Origin: an uncultured Ectothiorhodospiraceae bacterium
GTDB taxonomy: Bacteria; Pseudomonadota; Gammaproteobacteria; CAYFWJ01
NCBI GenBank assembly: GCA_964346755.1
Contig: CAYFWJ010000004.1
Span: 1 to 58,929 of the forward strand
Length of the DNA: 58,929 nt
Direction: 5' to 3'
The notes beneath the pieces are model-generated. The model did not search any database, was not told where the DNA came from, and was given only the letters and a program-made list of their open reading frames with translations. Both the position numbers and the translations under genes were made by a program. Position 1 is the first letter of the stretch. Each line of letters starts with the position of its first letter. Shown here one piece after another: positions 42,918-54,692 of this stretch.

Positions 42918-43156
42918 TCCAGGGGGTCACCTTCGAGGGCGTCGGAATCGTCCCGGGCCAGGATGGCTCGGGCCTGTGCCACGTCATCGGGTGCGACCTG
43001 CACCTTGATGCCGCCGATGGCGATGGCGTAGAGCCAGTCGGTCTGTACGAGATTGGAATCCGCAAGGTAGGCCGATAGGCCCTCGGCCTCCAGGCGCCCG
43101 ACCGCGATCTGGGCATCAGGCAATGTCTCGAATACCGCCACCGTCATCATCGTCAT
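42914..43156 (-). CDS. DUF2007-like small protein (putative signal-transducing fold)
   Basis: VAVFETLPDAQIAVGRLEAEGLSAYLAD... is typical of the DUF2007 pattern. The stop overlaps the downstream DUF255 start (ATGA), and the 5' end overlaps the ttcA 3' end. Confidence 0.6.
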   Translation of the reverse strand: MTMMTVAVFETLPDAQIAVGRLEAEGLSAYLADSNLVQTDWLYAIAIGGIKVQVAPDDVAQARAILARDDSDALEGDPLE

Positions 43157-43901
43157 ATTCGTCGTGCTCGGGCTGGCCCACGGCCATCAAGGGTTTCAGG
43201 GTTTGCACCAAGCTTTTGAACAGCTGCGGGTGCTCGTGTTCCTCATCGGCCAATAGGGCCTTGATGCGGGCACGTTCGGTCGGTTGACTGAAGCAAGCGG
43301 GGCAATTGTCCGGTATGACCGGGAGTTCGGCATCTCGGGCAAACGCCTGTAGCTGCCGTTCACGGACATAAACGAGGGGGCGAAGGACGCGGATATCGCC
43401 CGGGTCGTTTCGGTAGTGGGCCTTCATGGTGCCGAGTCGTCCGCCGTGAAACGCGGACATGAGGAAACTCTCGGCGAGGTCATCGAGGTGTTGCCCGAGC
43501 GCCAAGACGTTGTAGCCTGCGCGGCGCGCGGTCCGGTACATCAAGCCGCGGCGCATGCGCGCGCAGAACGCACAGTAGGAATCCCCGTGCATGTGCCGTT
43601 GGGCCAGTTCGACGAGCGGTTCTCGAACCCGGTGGTAATCGACGTCGAGCCCGGCCATGTACGGCTTCAAGGGACCAGGATCGTATTCGGGGGTCATCGG
43701 GTCGATGGTCACGGCGCCGAACTCGAAACGGACCGGGGCCACGCGTTGAACGTGTCGTAGGATGTGGAGCAGCGACAGGCTATCCTTACCACCCGAGAGG
43801 CCGAGCAGGACCCGATCCCCGTCGCGGAGCATCTGAAAGTCAACGAGGGCTTGGCCGACCGCGCGTCGAATGCGTTTGGGAGGCAGGACGAAGGCAGCCA
43901 T
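43116..43901 (-). CDS. ttcA: tRNA 2-thiocytidine(32) synthetase TtcA
   Basis: PP-loop LGLSGGKDSLSLLHIL, Fe-S cysteines CAFCARMRRG and CPAC. Confidence 0.92.
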   Translation of the reverse strand: MAAFVLPPKRIRRAVGQALVDFQMLRDGDRVLLGLSGGKDSLSLLHILRHVQRVAPVRFEFGAVTIDPMTPEYDPGPLKPYMAGLDVDYHRVREPLVELAQRHMHGDSYCAFCARMRRGLMYRTARRAGYNVLALGQHLDDLAESFLMSAFHGGRLGTMKAHYRNDPGDIRVLRPLVYVRERQLQAFARDAELPVIPDNCPACFSQPTERARIKALLADEEHEHPQLFKSLVQTLKPLMAVGQPEHDEYDDDDGGGIRDIA

Positions 43902-43990
43902 GCGTCAGGCGAGGCAATCCGGGGATCAATGGGCCGATACGCCCCGGGAACCCACGGTTCAAGGGCGAGCGCCAGGACGGGGTTCGACGT

Positions 43991-44077
43991 TGGTGCCGGA
44001 GGCGAGACTCGAACTCGCACGGTGTCGCCACCGGGGGATTTTGAGTCCCCTGCGTCTACCGATTCCGCCACTCCGGC
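43991..44077 (-). tRNA. tRNA-Leu (anticodon CAA), class II with long variable arm
   Basis: Reverse complement is GCCGGAGTGGCGGAATCGGTAGACGCAGGGGACTCAAAATCCCCCGGTGGCGACACCGTGCGAGTTCGAGTCTCGCCTCCGGCACCA. It has a 7-bp acceptor stem, anticodon loop CUCAAAA, T-arm GCGAG-TTCGAGT-CTCGC, and an encoded CCA. Confidence 0.92.
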
Positions 44078-44129
44078 CTGCAGCGAAGCCTGTTAGTATA
44101 ACGCGCTGGATCCCGAAACCCAAGAGACT

Positions 44130-46330
<2,201 letters not shown>

Positions 46331-46444
46331 AGCCGTCGGCTCGTGGGTGCGACGGTGTCTTGCCCGTGTCTTGAATCGCGTCAGCGGACGCGATGAGGCG
46401 GGCTGACCTTTTACCACTTCCTTGATCCTTATCCGAGGTAACCC

Positions 46445-46780
46445 ATGTCGTTGTCATTCCTCGTATCCGATGCCTTGGCGCAAGGCGCCCCCGCTCCCCA
46501 GGAACCGAACCCGATCCTGAGTCTGCTGCCGCTCATTATCCTGTTCGTCCTGTTCTACTTTCTCCTGATTCGGCCGCAACAGAAGCGGCAAAAGGAGCAC
46601 CGCAAGATGGTCGAGGCGCTCTCCAAGGGCGATGAGGTGGTTACCACCGGAGGTCTTTTGGGACGGATCACAGACCTTGACGAGAGCTTCATTCGCCTGA
46701 AGATCGCCGAGGGGATCGAGGTCAAGGTCCAGCGACATGCGATCAATCAACTCCTGCCCAAGGGAACGATGAAGGAATAG
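46445..46780 (+). CDS. yajC: preprotein translocase subunit YajC
   Basis: LLPLIILFVLFYFLLIRPQQKRQKEHRKMVEALSKGDEVVTTGGLLGRI, 111 aa, upstream of secDF. Confidence 0.93.
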   Translation: MSLSFLVSDALAQGAPAPQEPNPILSLLPLIILFVLFYFLLIRPQQKRQKEHRKMVEALSKGDEVVTTGGLLGRITDLDESFIRLKIAEGIEVKVQRHAINQLLPKGTMKE

Positions 46781-46816
46781 GGTCCTGATGCCCCTCGGGT
46801 TTCGGGCCATTCGACT

Positions 46817-48676
46817 ATGCTGAACCAATACCCCCTTTGGAAATACCTCCTCGTCTTGGCGGTTGTCCTCGGCGCCGCGCTCTATGCCTTGCCCAATCTG
46901 TACGGGGAAGATCCCGCCGTCCAGATAACAGCCGGTGGCTTGAGCCTCGAGGAGCCGGTGGTGGACACGGTCGAGCGAACCCTGTCCACTCAGGGCCTCG
47001 AGTACAAGGCCTTCGAACGGCGTTCGGACCAGCTCCTGATCCGCTTCCCTGATACCGATACCCAACTCAAGGCCGCCGACCGGATCGACGCAACCCTGGA
47101 CGATCGCTATACGGTCGCCTTGAACCTGGCGCCGGCGACACCGGATTGGCTTCGGGCCATCAATGGCAAGCCGATGTATCTCGGGCTCGATCTGCGCGGC
47201 GGCGTCCATTTCCTCCTGGAGGTGGATATGGAGGCGGCCATCGAGCAGGCGGAGGAACGCTTCGTGGAGGATATTCGCAGTTTCTTGCGGGATGAACGGC
47301 TCCGCTACATGGGGATTACCCGAGGCCCTGAGGGTATCCGGGTGCGATTCCGCGAGGTCTCGGAACGGGATGAGTCGTTGAAGCGCCTGCGCCGCGAGTA
47401 CGACGATCTCGAGCTCGAACCCGCGACCGCCGGTGGGACGCCGGTTGTACGTGCCGTGCTGACCGACGAGGCCAAGGACGCGGAGAAAGAAGCGGCCCTG
47501 GAACAGAACATTACGACGTTGCGTAACCGCGTGAATGAGCTCGGCGTGGCCGAGCCGGTGATTCAACAGCAGGGCAGCGAGCGGATCGTCGTGCAGCTCC
47601 CGGGCGTGCAGGATACGGCCCGAGCCAAGGAGATCCTCGGCGCCACCGCAACCCTCGATTTCCGTCTCGTGCACGGGAGCCGCGCCGACTGGATCGATGC
47701 CGAGGAGAGCGGGCGGGCCCCCCCGGCGGCCCGGATGTACGAGCGGCGCGACGGCCGGCCGATCCTCTTGAAACGCCGGGTCATCATCACCGGCGATCAG
47801 ATCACCGATGCCTCATCCGGGATCGAGCAACAGAATGGGACGCCGGCGGTGTTCATCAGCCTGGACGGTAAAGGCGCACGCCGAATGAGCGATGTCAGCC
47901 AAGAGAACATCGGCAACCTCATGGCCGTTGTCTACAAGGAAAATAAGATCGACATGGTGACCGTCAACGGGGAAGAGGTGGAACGCACGCGCACGGTAGA
48001 AGAAGTGATTAGCGTTGCCGAGATTCGCGATCAACTCGGCCGACGGTTCCAGATCTCGGGATTGGACAGCACCCGAGAGGCTCGGGATCTGGCGCTTTTG
48101 TTGCGCGCGGGCGCCCTGCGGGCCCCGGTACAAATCGTCGAAGAGCGTACGATCGGGCCCAGTCTCGGCGCGGAGAACATCCAGCAGGGCTTCCTCTCAG
48201 TCGTTGTCGGCCTGGCCCTGGTGATGGTGTTCATGGCCGTGTACTACAAGCTCTTTGGGCTGATCGCCGATCTCGCTCTGATGGTGAATCTCGTGTTCAT
48301 CGTGGCTGTGTTGTCCTTGCTCCAGGCCACACTGACCTTGCCCGGAATCGCGGGTATCGTGCTTACCGTCGGTATGGCCGTGGATGCTAATGTGCTGATA
48401 TTCCAGCGGATACGGGAGGAGCTCCGGAATGGGAACACACCGCAAGCGGCCATCCACTCCGGCTACGAGAAGGCCTTTTCGACCATCGCCGATGCGAACG
48501 TGACGACGCTGATTGCCGCCATCGTCCTGTTCGCCTTCGGCACGGGCCCCATCAAGGGTTTCGCGGTTACCCTTTCCATTGGAATCATCGGCTCGATGTT
48601 CACGGCCATCCTCGGCACCCGGGCCGTCGTGAATCTGGTATATGGCGGGCGCCGCCTCGCCAAGCTGCCGATCTGA
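46817..48676 (+). CDS. secD: protein translocase subunit SecD
   Basis: MLNQYPLWKYLLV..., large periplasmic domain, LGLDLRGGVHFLLEVD, and a C-terminal 6-TM domain, 619 aa. Confidence 0.96.
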   Translation: MLNQYPLWKYLLVLAVVLGAALYALPNLYGEDPAVQITAGGLSLEEPVVDTVERTLSTQGLEYKAFERRSDQLLIRFPDTDTQLKAADRIDATLDDRYTVALNLAPATPDWLRAINGKPMYLGLDLRGGVHFLLEVDMEAAIEQAEERFVEDIRSFLRDERLRYMGITRGPEGIRVRFREVSERDESLKRLRREYDDLELEPATAGGTPVVRAVLTDEAKDAEKEAALEQNITTLRNRVNELGVAEPVIQQQGSERIVVQLPGVQDTARAKEILGATATLDFRLVHGSRADWIDAEESGRAPPAARMYERRDGRPILLKRRVIITGDQITDASSGIEQQNGTPAVFISLDGKGARRMSDVSQENIGNLMAVVYKENKIDMVTVNGEEVERTRTVEEVISVAEIRDQLGRRFQISGLDSTREARDLALLLRAGALRAPVQIVEERTIGPSLGAENIQQGFLSVVVGLALVMVFMAVYYKLFGLIADLALMVNLVFIVAVLSLLQATLTLPGIAGIVLTVGMAVDANVLIFQRIREELRNGNTPQAAIHSGYEKAFSTIADANVTTLIAAIVLFAFGTGPIKGFAVTLSIGIIGSMFTAILGTRAVVNLVYGGRRLAKLPI

Positions 48677-48686
48677 GGAGATCTCC

Positions 48687-49637
48687 ATGACACAAAGCCG
48701 ACCCATCGACTTTCTCGGCAAGCGGCGCATCGCCTTCGGGCTGTCCGGGGTGCTTCTCCTGACCGCCATCCTGGCCCTGGCGGTTCGGGGGTTGAATTTC
48801 GGGATCGACTTCACCGGGGGTACCCTAGTGGAAGTCGGTTATCCGGAGCCGGTCGCCCTCGAGTCGATCCGCTCGACCCTGGAGACCGCGGGCTACGAGG
48901 GGGCGACGGTCCAACACTTCGGCAGCTCGGAAGAGGTCCTGATCCGGCTGCGGCCCCAAGCCACAGGGGCGATCGAAGGCAATGCCCGTGCTGCCCGAGC
49001 CCGTCTCAGTGAAGCAGTGCTTCGCGCGCTGAGTGAGGCGGCGGCGACGGAGGTCGAATTACGGCGCGTCGAGTTCGTCGGGCCGAAGGTAGGGGAAGAG
49101 CTGCGGGAAGACGGCGGATTGGCGATGCTGATCGCGTTGATTGGGATCCTGATCTACGTCGGGCTGCGTTTCGAGTATCGGTTTTCGGTGGGGGCGGTGG
49201 CCGCCCTCATCCATGATGTGCTCATCACGCTCGGTGTCTTCGCCGTCCTGCAGATCGAATTCGATTTGACGGTGCTTGCCGCCCTGTTGGCCGTGATCGG
49301 TTATTCGCTGAACGATACCATCGTGGTCTTCGATCGGATTCGAGAGAACTTCCGTAAGCTGCGCAAGAGCGGACCGTTTGAGGTCATGAACCGTTCGGTC
49401 AATCAGACCATATCCCGAACGTTGATCACCTCGTTGACCACCCTGCTCGTGTTGCTGGCCTTGTACTTCCTCGGTGGCGAGGTCATGAACGCCTTCGCGA
49501 TCGCGTTGATCACGGGTGTCATCATTGGAACCTACTCGTCGATCTACGTGGCGAGCGCTGCTGCCTTTGCCTTGGGGGTAAGTCGAACGGACCTGATCCC
49601 GGTCGAGGTCGAAGAGAAAAAAGACGATCGTCCCTGA
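48687..49637 (+). CDS. secF: protein translocase subunit SecF
   Basis: From the ATG at 48687: MTQSRPIDFLGKRRIAFGLSG...GIDFTGGT...YSLNDTIVVFDRIRE. AGGAG lies before the start. Confidence 0.95.
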   Translation: MTQSRPIDFLGKRRIAFGLSGVLLLTAILALAVRGLNFGIDFTGGTLVEVGYPEPVALESIRSTLETAGYEGATVQHFGSSEEVLIRLRPQATGAIEGNARAARARLSEAVLRALSEAAATEVELRRVEFVGPKVGEELREDGGLAMLIALIGILIYVGLRFEYRFSVGAVAALIHDVLITLGVFAVLQIEFDLTVLAALLAVIGYSLNDTIVVFDRIRENFRKLRKSGPFEVMNRSVNQTISRTLITSLTTLLVLLALYFLGGEVMNAFAIALITGVIIGTYSSIYVASAAAFALGVSRTDLIPVEVEEKKDDRP

Positions 49638-49644
49638 TCGTAAG

Positions 49645-49678
49645 TTCCGGGGAGGTAACCCGCCACACCTCCCCGGAA
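49645..49678. terminator. perfect 12-bp inverted repeat hairpin (TTCCGGGGAGGT-N10-ACCTCCCCGGAA) between convergent genes
   Basis: Read directly from the sequence. It begins 8 nt after the secF stop and lies 66 nt from the stop of the convergent ORF 49745-50071. There is no clear U-tract. Confidence 0.45.
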
Positions 49679-49744
49679 ACGAGCGACTAACCGGCGGGAA
49701 ACGAGCGATCGGGGATCCTCTTGGAACATACCGATCGATGGTGC

Positions 49745-50071
49745 CTAATCCCGCCCTTGAGCCTCGCGTACCATGGCGAGGGGATCCGGTTCCTGTTCCC
49801 AGGGTAATGGATGGGAAACCCCGCGCGAGGTCAGTTCGGCGCAACCGTTGGGCGAAGCCCCACGAACCGTCAAAACGGCCCACAGGATGGCCAGTCCGGT
49901 CATCGCCAGGCCGAGGGCCGCGACGAATCCGAGCCCCCCAAGCACGCCGGTCGCCAAGGCCCCCAATCCGCCGATCCAGAAGACGCCGATCGGTGCGGCG
50001 CAGCGGCATGCGCACCGGTAACGCGCAACGGCCACCGGTGGCATCAGTACAGCCAGGGTCAGTGGGTGCAT
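49745..50071 (-). CDS. hypothetical small membrane protein with CxCxC motif
   Basis: MHPLTLAVLMPPVAVARYRCACRCAAPIGVFWIGGLGALATGVLGGLGFVAALGLAMTGLAILWAVL has two or three hydrophobic helices and genome-typical GC3. I do not recognise the family. Confidence 0.45.
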   Translation of the reverse strand: MHPLTLAVLMPPVAVARYRCACRCAAPIGVFWIGGLGALATGVLGGLGFVAALGLAMTGLAILWAVLTVRGASPNGCAELTSRGVSHPLPWEQEPDPLAMVREAQGRD

Positions 50072-50308
50072 CAGTAACCCTCCGAGGGTCGAACGAGTCG
50101 ATAGACCGGGCGCCCGTCGCGACGTATCCTGGCGTACAGGTTGTCTTGCGGGAGGCCCAATGTGTTTCTGCTCCTATACCAAAGCGTAGGTTGTTTCCGA
50201 GACTTCGCAAGGATGACGGCTGGGTTGATCCGATGGTTTGCCGATGTAAAAGTGAATTAAATAAGCGATTGTTTGTTCGAGTGTCAACGGGTTGGAGGTG
50301 AGTCGCGC

Positions 50309-50605
50309 ATGAGTCCATCGATTCGTGTGGAGCGTTCCATTTCGGCGGGGCGACACGCGGAGCTCCGGGTGGCCGATTGGCCGATTTGGGCCAAGGAAGC
50401 CTCCGAGTTCTCGTGGTATTACGAGGAACCCGAGACGTGCTATCTGCTCGAGGGGGAGGTTACCGTGACGCCGGATGGGGGCGAGGGGGGCGTTCGTTTT
50501 GCGGCGGGCGATCTGGTGATGTTCTCGGCAGGCTTGCGCTGCACGTGGACGATCCACACGGCCGTGCGCAAGCACTATACCTTTGAGGCGTTGCTCGAGG
50601 GCTGA
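50309..50605 (+). CDS. cupin-fold protein, DUF861/cupin_3 type
   Basis: From the ATG at 50309: ...WPIWAKEASEFSWYYEEPETCYLLEGEVTVTPDGG..VRFAAGDLVMFSAGLRCTWTIHTAVRKHY matches the cupin_3 pattern. Confidence 0.75.
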   Translation: MSPSIRVERSISAGRHAELRVADWPIWAKEASEFSWYYEEPETCYLLEGEVTVTPDGGEGGVRFAAGDLVMFSAGLRCTWTIHTAVRKHYTFEALLEG

Positions 50606-50797
50606 GGCGATCCCGCAGGCTTTCAATGCCGCGGGGACCGGCGCGCCGTCGGGATCGTTCCTTCGGGGTATGGCCGCCAGCCCTTGTCGCAGTCCCCGGG
50701 GCGTGGAAGACTCGCCGAAATCGGGATAGCCCCCTCGTGGTCTTGAGCGGTAGCTCACGGGGTACGAGCCGGTTGAGAACGGTCGCGTCGACCCGGG

Positions 50798-51601
50798 TCA
50801 GCGTTGGAGTTCGGCGGGCAGGTGCGTTCGCAAGACGCCGGCCATGCCATCGAAGACGTCCGGTGTCCCGGCGAGCACGTGGCCGGACTGCAGGTAGTCG
50901 GTGCCTCCTCCGAAGTCGCTGACCAGGCCTCCGGCTTCCTTGATCAGCAAGACCCCGGCAGCCATATCCCAAGGCTTGAGGCCGAGCTCCCAGAAGCCAT
51001 CCAGACGACCGACCGCCACGTAGGCGAGATCGATGGCCGCTGAGCCGGCCCGGCGTATGCCGGCCGTATCCTGACAAAAGGCCTTGAAGGTCTGGAGGTA
51101 GTCATCCAGATGCTCGGGCTGCTTGAACGGGAATCCGGTCCCCAGAAGGGCCCCGTAGAGCCGCCGTGCCCCGCTGACCCGGATACGGCGATTGTTGAGA
51201 TAGGCCCCGGAGCCTCGGCTGGCGGTAAACAGCTCATCGCGCACCGGATCGTAGACCACGGCCTGCTCGAGTTGGCCGTGGGCCTCGAGCGCGATCGAAA
51301 CGGCGAAGGGCGGAAAGCCATGGAGGAAATTCGTCGTCCCGTCCAGCGGATCGATCAGCCATCGATGGGTCGCCTCGCCCTCGTAGCGCCCGCTCTCCTC
51401 GGCGAGGATGCCGTGCTCCGGGTAGGCCGCGCGGATCGTGTCGATAATGACCCGCTCGGCGTGACGGTCGACCTCGGTCACGAAGTCGTTGCGCTCCTTG
51501 GAGGTGACGTGAAGGGTATAGACCCGGTCGACGTAGCGATTGATTACATTGCCGGCGGCGCGTGCCGCTCGGATGGCGATGTTCAACTGCGGGTGGGCCA
51601 T
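50798..51601 (-). CDS. suhB: inositol monophosphatase family protein SuhB
   Basis: MAHPQLNIAIRAARAAG...FVTEVD...WLIDPLDGTTNF...WDMAAG motifs, 267 aa. Confidence 0.93.
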   Translation of the reverse strand: MAHPQLNIAIRAARAAGNVINRYVDRVYTLHVTSKERNDFVTEVDRHAERVIIDTIRAAYPEHGILAEESGRYEGEATHRWLIDPLDGTTNFLHGFPPFAVSIALEAHGQLEQAVVYDPVRDELFTASRGSGAYLNNRRIRVSGARRLYGALLGTGFPFKQPEHLDDYLQTFKAFCQDTAGIRRAGSAAIDLAYVAVGRLDGFWELGLKPWDMAAGVLLIKEAGGLVSDFGGGTDYLQSGHVLAGTPDVFDGMAGVLRTHLPAELQR

Positions 51602-51641
51602 AATGCTGCGTTATCCAGATAAGGGTCAGGGCACGACGGCG

Positions 51642-54188
51642 TTATCGGCCGGCAGTCGTCTCGTCTCGTTGTCGACCGCGCCGGCCTGCAATGTCCTGCG
51701 GTGGTGGGAGTTGTTCAAGCGGTACCGGGTGCCCGATATGAAAGCCCTGGGCGAGCGTAATCCCGGCCTCGCGGACGAAGGCGAGCTGTTCGGCGTCTTC
51801 GATGTGCTCGGCGATCGTCGTCCGCTCGAATCGGTGGGCGAGATCGGCGATCTGCCGGAAGGCCTCGGGTTCGAACCGTTCGGCGGCCTGCTCCGCCCCC
51901 AAAAACCCGTCAAATTTAACATAGGTTACGGGCAATGTGTGTAGCTGCACCAGGGAGGTGAAGCCGGTTCCAAAATCATCCAGCGCGAATTGAAAGCCCT
52001 GGCTCTGCAAGTGATCCAGGAATCCCCCGGCCTGCTCGTAACACTCGATAGCCGTCGTCTCCGATAGCTCGAGTACGAGGTTGTGGGGGGTCAGCCAGCC
52101 CCGGTCCAAGATCGTCTGGAGCTGGTCTCGTGCGGTCTCATTCTGGATGCTGCCTGCGGCGAGGTTGACGAAGAGGCATCGCTCGGGTGCGATGGATCCG
52201 GCTTGCAGGAGTTTTTCGAGTCGCTCCAAGACCCAGCGGTCAATGGCATGAAGGAGGTTGTAGCGCTCCGCGGCGGCGAAGAACTCCGTGGGGAAGACGA
52301 GCCCTCCGTCCCGGTCGGCCAAGCGGATCAAGACCTCGTAGGCGACCGCGGTGGTCGAGCGGTCCAGGTCGACGGCCGGGCCGGTGATGGGAACGATCGG
52401 TTGGAAGTGCAGTACGAAGCAGTCCTCGTGCAAGGCCTGTTCGAGCCGGTTTTGCCAGTCTTGCACGAGGACCGGGTTGCCAGAATCCGGATCGAGTTGG
52501 GGAACGTGGGTATGGGTCTGGTTACGCCCCTTCCGCTTGGCGGTTTGACAGGCCAGGTCCGCTTGCCGCAGCACCTCCGAGATATCCGCCGGGGTGTCTC
52601 CGAGCCGGGTGACGCCGACGCTCCCGTTGATCTTGAAGGTTCGGTCTTCGTAGCGGAAGGTAAATCGCTCGAGCATGCCGCGGATCCGGTCCGCCGCTTG
52701 GAAGAGATTCTCTCGGTCGATATCGGGCAGGATGACCGCGAACTCGTCCCCCCCGAGGCGGGCGATCTTATCGGTCGAGCGCAAATGGCGCTGGAGTCGT
52801 TGTCCGACCTGTTGCAACAACTGATCCCCCGCCTCGTGACCCACGGTATCGTTGACCTGCTTGAAGCGATCCAGGTCGATAAAGAGCAGCGCACTCGCCT
52901 GATCGGGAACCTGTTCGAGACGTTCCAATTCCCGGCGCAGGAGCTCTTCAAACCGGCGCCGGTTATAGAGTTCGGTGAGGGGGTCGATATAGGCCTGGCG
53001 CAGAAGATCCTGCTCCCAGGCTTTGCGTTGCGAGATCTCGCGGAAGACGACCACGACGCCGCCCTGAGGCCCGTTACCGAAGGGTTGAACGGTGCATTCG
53101 ACCGGCAAGGGGCGGCCGGAACGATGCCAAAAGAGGGTCTCGTGATCCAACAGCGGCGCGGCCTCCCGATAGGCATTCTCGAGGGTCTCGAGGGATGCAT
53201 CCGCCGGATAATGGTGCAACAGGAGGGAGGCGGGTTGGCCGATGAAGCGTTCGCTCGGCTCTTCGAACCCGAGGATCCGGCGGGTCGCGGGGTTCAGGAA
53301 CGTGATCCGGCCCGATCGATCCGCGCCGTAGACCCCTTCCCCCAGCGAGGCGATCAACGTGTCCAGGCGCGCCCGTTCGGCCTCGTTGCGTTTGTGGCGT
53401 TCGATACTCCGGCCAATCGCGGCGATTCGGGCCAGGAAAAGCTCCTGGGCCTCGTCCTTGAACATGCATTCCCGGGCGCCGTTGCGCAGACAGACCTGGA
53501 TCACGGATTCCCGATAGGTTGCGGTCAGGATGGCCGAGTAGATATGGCGCGTTCCGGGATGCTCTTGGAGCAAGCGGCATAGCACATCGCCCGTCTGCTC
53601 GGGCATGAAGTAGTCGATGACGGCCAGGTCGTAGTGGTGGGTCAGCGCCCGCTGATAGGCGGCTTGAACACTCGCGCAGGTATCGGTGCGGTAACCGTGC
53701 CGATTCAAAAGGCGCCCGTAAACCTGGCGGATGCTTCGGGAGTCGTCGACCAAGAGGACCGAGAGATCCGGATCGGGGGCGAGTTGACCGATGAATCGTT
53801 CTCCGGCCTTCGTCTCGTTGAGTCGGCTGATCGCTTCGGGTAGCCGATCCGCCTGCGGCCAGGCCAGTTGCAGCGTCCGAGGACGTTGAATGCTCCACCC
53901 GATAAGCTGCGGGTTGTCCTCGCGGATCAAGATAAGCACGGGTCGTGAGGCCCATGGGTGGCTCGTGAGGCGGTTCTCCAGCCACTCGAGCCGTTCGGTC
54001 CGGTGGCCCGGCCAACCGAGGAGGAGGGCATCCGGAAGACGCGCCTCGGGGGCGTCCAGGAGCGCGGTGAGGTCCTCGAAGAAGGTAACCGGAATCCCCG
54101 TGGGGGCCATGTGTTTGCGGAGCAGATAGCGTAGCGTCGGGGATTCCTCGAACGCCCAGATCGTAGAGAACACGCGTTGGCTCGACAT
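51642..54188 (-). CDS. c-di-GMP turnover protein: degenerate receiver - REC - PAS - GGDEF - EAL
   Basis: The second receiver is canonical (SVLLVDDSRSIRQ...DLAVIDYFMPEQTG). PAS region LGEGVYGADRSGRITFLNPA. GGDEF domain RLGGDEFAV has an RSTD I-site 5 residues upstream. EAL domain has YEVLIRL, LELSE, ALDDFGTG, KFDG, QGF. Confidence 0.9.
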   Translation of the reverse strand: MSSQRVFSTIWAFEESPTLRYLLRKHMAPTGIPVTFFEDLTALLDAPEARLPDALLLGWPGHRTERLEWLENRLTSHPWASRPVLILIREDNPQLIGWSIQRPRTLQLAWPQADRLPEAISRLNETKAGERFIGQLAPDPDLSVLLVDDSRSIRQVYGRLLNRHGYRTDTCASVQAAYQRALTHHYDLAVIDYFMPEQTGDVLCRLLQEHPGTRHIYSAILTATYRESVIQVCLRNGARECMFKDEAQELFLARIAAIGRSIERHKRNEAERARLDTLIASLGEGVYGADRSGRITFLNPATRRILGFEEPSERFIGQPASLLLHHYPADASLETLENAYREAAPLLDHETLFWHRSGRPLPVECTVQPFGNGPQGGVVVVFREISQRKAWEQDLLRQAYIDPLTELYNRRRFEELLRRELERLEQVPDQASALLFIDLDRFKQVNDTVGHEAGDQLLQQVGQRLQRHLRSTDKIARLGGDEFAVILPDIDRENLFQAADRIRGMLERFTFRYEDRTFKINGSVGVTRLGDTPADISEVLRQADLACQTAKRKGRNQTHTHVPQLDPDSGNPVLVQDWQNRLEQALHEDCFVLHFQPIVPITGPAVDLDRSTTAVAYEVLIRLADRDGGLVFPTEFFAAAERYNLLHAIDRWVLERLEKLLQAGSIAPERCLFVNLAAGSIQNETARDQLQTILDRGWLTPHNLVLELSETTAIECYEQAGGFLDHLQSQGFQFALDDFGTGFTSLVQLHTLPVTYVKFDGFLGAEQAAERFEPEAFRQIADLAHRFERTTIAEHIEDAEQLAFVREAGITLAQGFHIGHPVPLEQLPPPQDIAGRRGRQRDETTAGR

Positions 54189-54692
54189 GGGCGCGTCGGG
54201 TCCTCAAACAAACGCCGAAGGGAAGGGCCGTGCTGGCTTCGGGTCGACCCGCGTGTCGCGGGGCGCCCGTGGGTGACGGGGGCACAGGCCCATTGGGCAT
54301 CATGGTACCACCTTGGCTCGAAGGTGCGAGGCCAACCCGTCGGGCGTTGGACCCGAGACGCCCGGGTTCTTCTCAGCGCCGGATCCAGAGGGTCAGCTCG
54401 CGAATGGCACCCCGAGCGGGGTACTAACCCATCGACCGGCCGTAGCCCATGCGCTGGAGGCAGATCGAATCGGGCGTCAGCTCGGCCAAGGCCCCATCCC
54501 GACTCCGCCTGTCCGGTGTCGTGACGCGCCCGGGATGATCCCGCTCGATATCCCGCTGTGCCAGCGGGATCGACCGATGCGTCGGTTGGGCTCGAGGTGA
54601 TCGGGAGCGGGGGGCGTGTGTAGCGGATTCGGGAGCGGCCGGGACCGATGGGACGGTTTTGACCCCCGTGCGGGGCAGGTTTCTACGGGTTT

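Noticed and set aside
43991-44077. tRNA-Leu(CAA) as a genomic-island integration site.
   Set aside because: It is flanked directly by core genes ttcA and queA-tgt. No integrase, and no duplicated tRNA 3' end, is visible nearby.
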